Positions 62,529 to 64,000 of a DNA stretch of 64,000 nt are shown here, in pieces. The notes beneath the pieces were generated by a model. The model made no database searches. It was not told the origin of the DNA and saw only the letters and a list, made by a program, of their open reading frames with translations. Source of the DNA: an uncultured delta proteobacterium (GTDB lineage Bacteria; Desulfobacterota; RBG-13-43-22); the NCBI GenBank assembly GCA_963843145.1, contig CAWJJC010000008.1, positions 29,311 to 93,310 of the forward strand, given 5' to 3'. How positions within the stretch are numbered: position 1 is the stretch's first letter; every line of letters begins with the position of its first letter. The translations under genes and the position numbers were made by a program.

Positions 62529-63911
62529 GTGGGCACTCGAGATCGGCATCGCATGGCTGCGCGTGCTGCTGTTCGGCGGCTCGCTTTGCTGCTGCTTGCT
62601 CGGGCTGCCGATGGCGTTCTGCACCGGCAGCCTGGCGATCGATCTTCCTGTACGTGTTCGGCACCGGCGGCGTCCTCAACATGCTGCCGTCGCGGGTCTT
62701 CCCGTTCATGACCGACTACCAGCTCTCCGCGGTGCCGCTGTTCATCTTCATGGCGGCGATGCTCGAGAAGGCCGGCATCATCGAGGAGCTGTTCGACGTC
62801 ATCTACAAGTGGCTGGGCGCGCTGAAAGGCGGCCTCGCGTCGGCCACCGTGATCGCCTGCACGGTGCTCGCCGCGATGGTCGGCGTGGTCGGCGCGACCG
62901 AGGTGACGATGGGCATGATCGCGCTGCCGGCGATGCTGCGCCGCGGCTACGAGCCGAAGCTCGCCTGCGGCTCGCTGCTCGCCGGCGGCACGCTCGGCAT
63001 CCTGATCCCGCCGTCGGTGATGGCGATCGTCTACGCCGTCGTCGCGCAGCAGTCGCTCGGCGAGCTGCTGATCGGCTCGGTGTTCCCGGGCTTCTTGCTG
63101 TCCGGCCTGTACGTCGGCTACATCACGCTGCGCTGCTACATCAATCCGTCGCTGGGCCCGGCGCTGCCGGTCGAGGAGCGCGTCGAGCATGCGCGAGAAA
63201 CTGCGGCTTCTGCGCAATACGATCACGCCGGTGCTGCTGATCATCCTGGTGCTCGGCGTCATCTTCCTCGGCATCGCGACGCCGGTCGAAGCGGCCGGCA
63301 TCGGCACCTTCGGCGCCTTCGCGGTGTGTGCGCTGCACCGCCGGCTGACCTGGGACGGCGATTACACGACGCCGCGATCGCGACGCTCAAGGCGACGGCG
63401 ATGGTGATGTGGATCTTCTTCGGCGCGACGATGTTCGTCGGCTTCTTCATCGTCAAGGGCGGCCAGACGTTCGTCGACCGGAGCTGATCATCGGGACCGG
63501 CTTGCCGCCCTACGGCATTCTGCTGCTGATGATGGTCGTGCTGGTCATCCTCGGCATGTTCCTCGACTGGGTGGGCATCCTGCTGCTCACCGTGCCGATC
63601 TTCCTGCCGATCATGGTCAGCCTGCCGTTTGGCGGCGTGCTCGGGACTTCCGGGGTGCGCGCCCGACGACGTGTCGCCTGTGGTACGGCGTCATCTTCAT
63701 GGTCAACATGCAGATGGCGTTTCTCAGTCCGCCGTTCGGCTACTCGCTGTTCTACCTGAAGAGCGTGGCGCCGCAGGAGATCTCGATGGCGATGATCTTC
63801 AAGGCGGCGATGCCGTTCATCGGGCTGCAGGCGGTCGGCCTGGCCCTGTGCATCGTGTTCCCGCAGATCATCCTTTGGCTGCCAAGCGTGCTCTACCAAG
63901 GCGCCAAGTAA
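62529..63911 (+). CDS. dctM: TRAP large permease (frameshifts)
   Basis: AVPLFIFM, GTLGILIPPS, LGMFLDW and SPPFGYSLFYLK motifs. Confidence 0.88.
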
Positions 63912-64000
63912 AGGACCGCAGGAAGCGCAGGGCTTTATAGCGCCTCGGCCAGGTGCGTCAGGGCGCGAACGCCCGCCGTTCGCGCAGCGCCTGCGCCAGC

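Noticed and set aside
60998-63487. 829-aa ORF and the many antisense ORFs in GC-rich regions
   Set aside because: Artefacts of frameshifts and shadow frames over dctP/Q/M and other real genes
56648-64000. Horizontally acquired betaproteobacterial island
   Set aside because: It contains core genes, joins mid-gene and has no mobility signature; a chimera is more parsimonious
1-64000. CRISPR array, tRNA or rRNA genes
   Set aside because: No regularly spaced repeat-spacer pattern, cloverleaf or rRNA motifs were recognised by eye

Overview
Positions 1 to about 56,645 look like a Desulfobacterota/deltaproteobacterial-type chromosome segment. Its core genes are msrAB, an amrB-amrA fusion, a PAS-GGDEF cyclase, a TetR-RND-TolC-MFS operon, a ThiI-like/yqeB/yqeC operon, and phoBR with a porin and two pst operons (the porin and the first operon have Pho boxes). 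Accessory regions interrupt these genes. (i) A stack of secreted-protein genes and fragments that all end in a (Y/F)LPLI-type tail, followed by a complete RmInt1-like class D group II intron whose RT is broken by a microhomology deletion. (ii) An island at about 19.7-30 kb with toxin-antitoxin debris, an HNH gene cassette with attC, a CBS-HEPN gene, IS256/IS66 remnants, a four-Lcl(DUF1566)-domain protein and a Fic gene. (iii) A chromosomal integron at about 43.9-49.2 kb that the ORF track does not reveal: truncated intI, attI, four attC sites, and cassettes encoding AIPR, an ORF-less hairpin, a HEPN protein and a RelA/SpoT-domain protein. At about 56,645 the sequence switches abruptly, mid-gene on both sides (pstC/plsX), to GC-richer betaproteobacterial-type DNA (plsX, rpmF, yceD, maf, TRAP transporter), most likely a chimeric read or contig. 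Many single-base frameshifts, often in homopolymers, suggest error-prone long-read sequence, so many pseudogene calls may be artefacts. All family assignments come from motif recognition by eye; no database searches were run.
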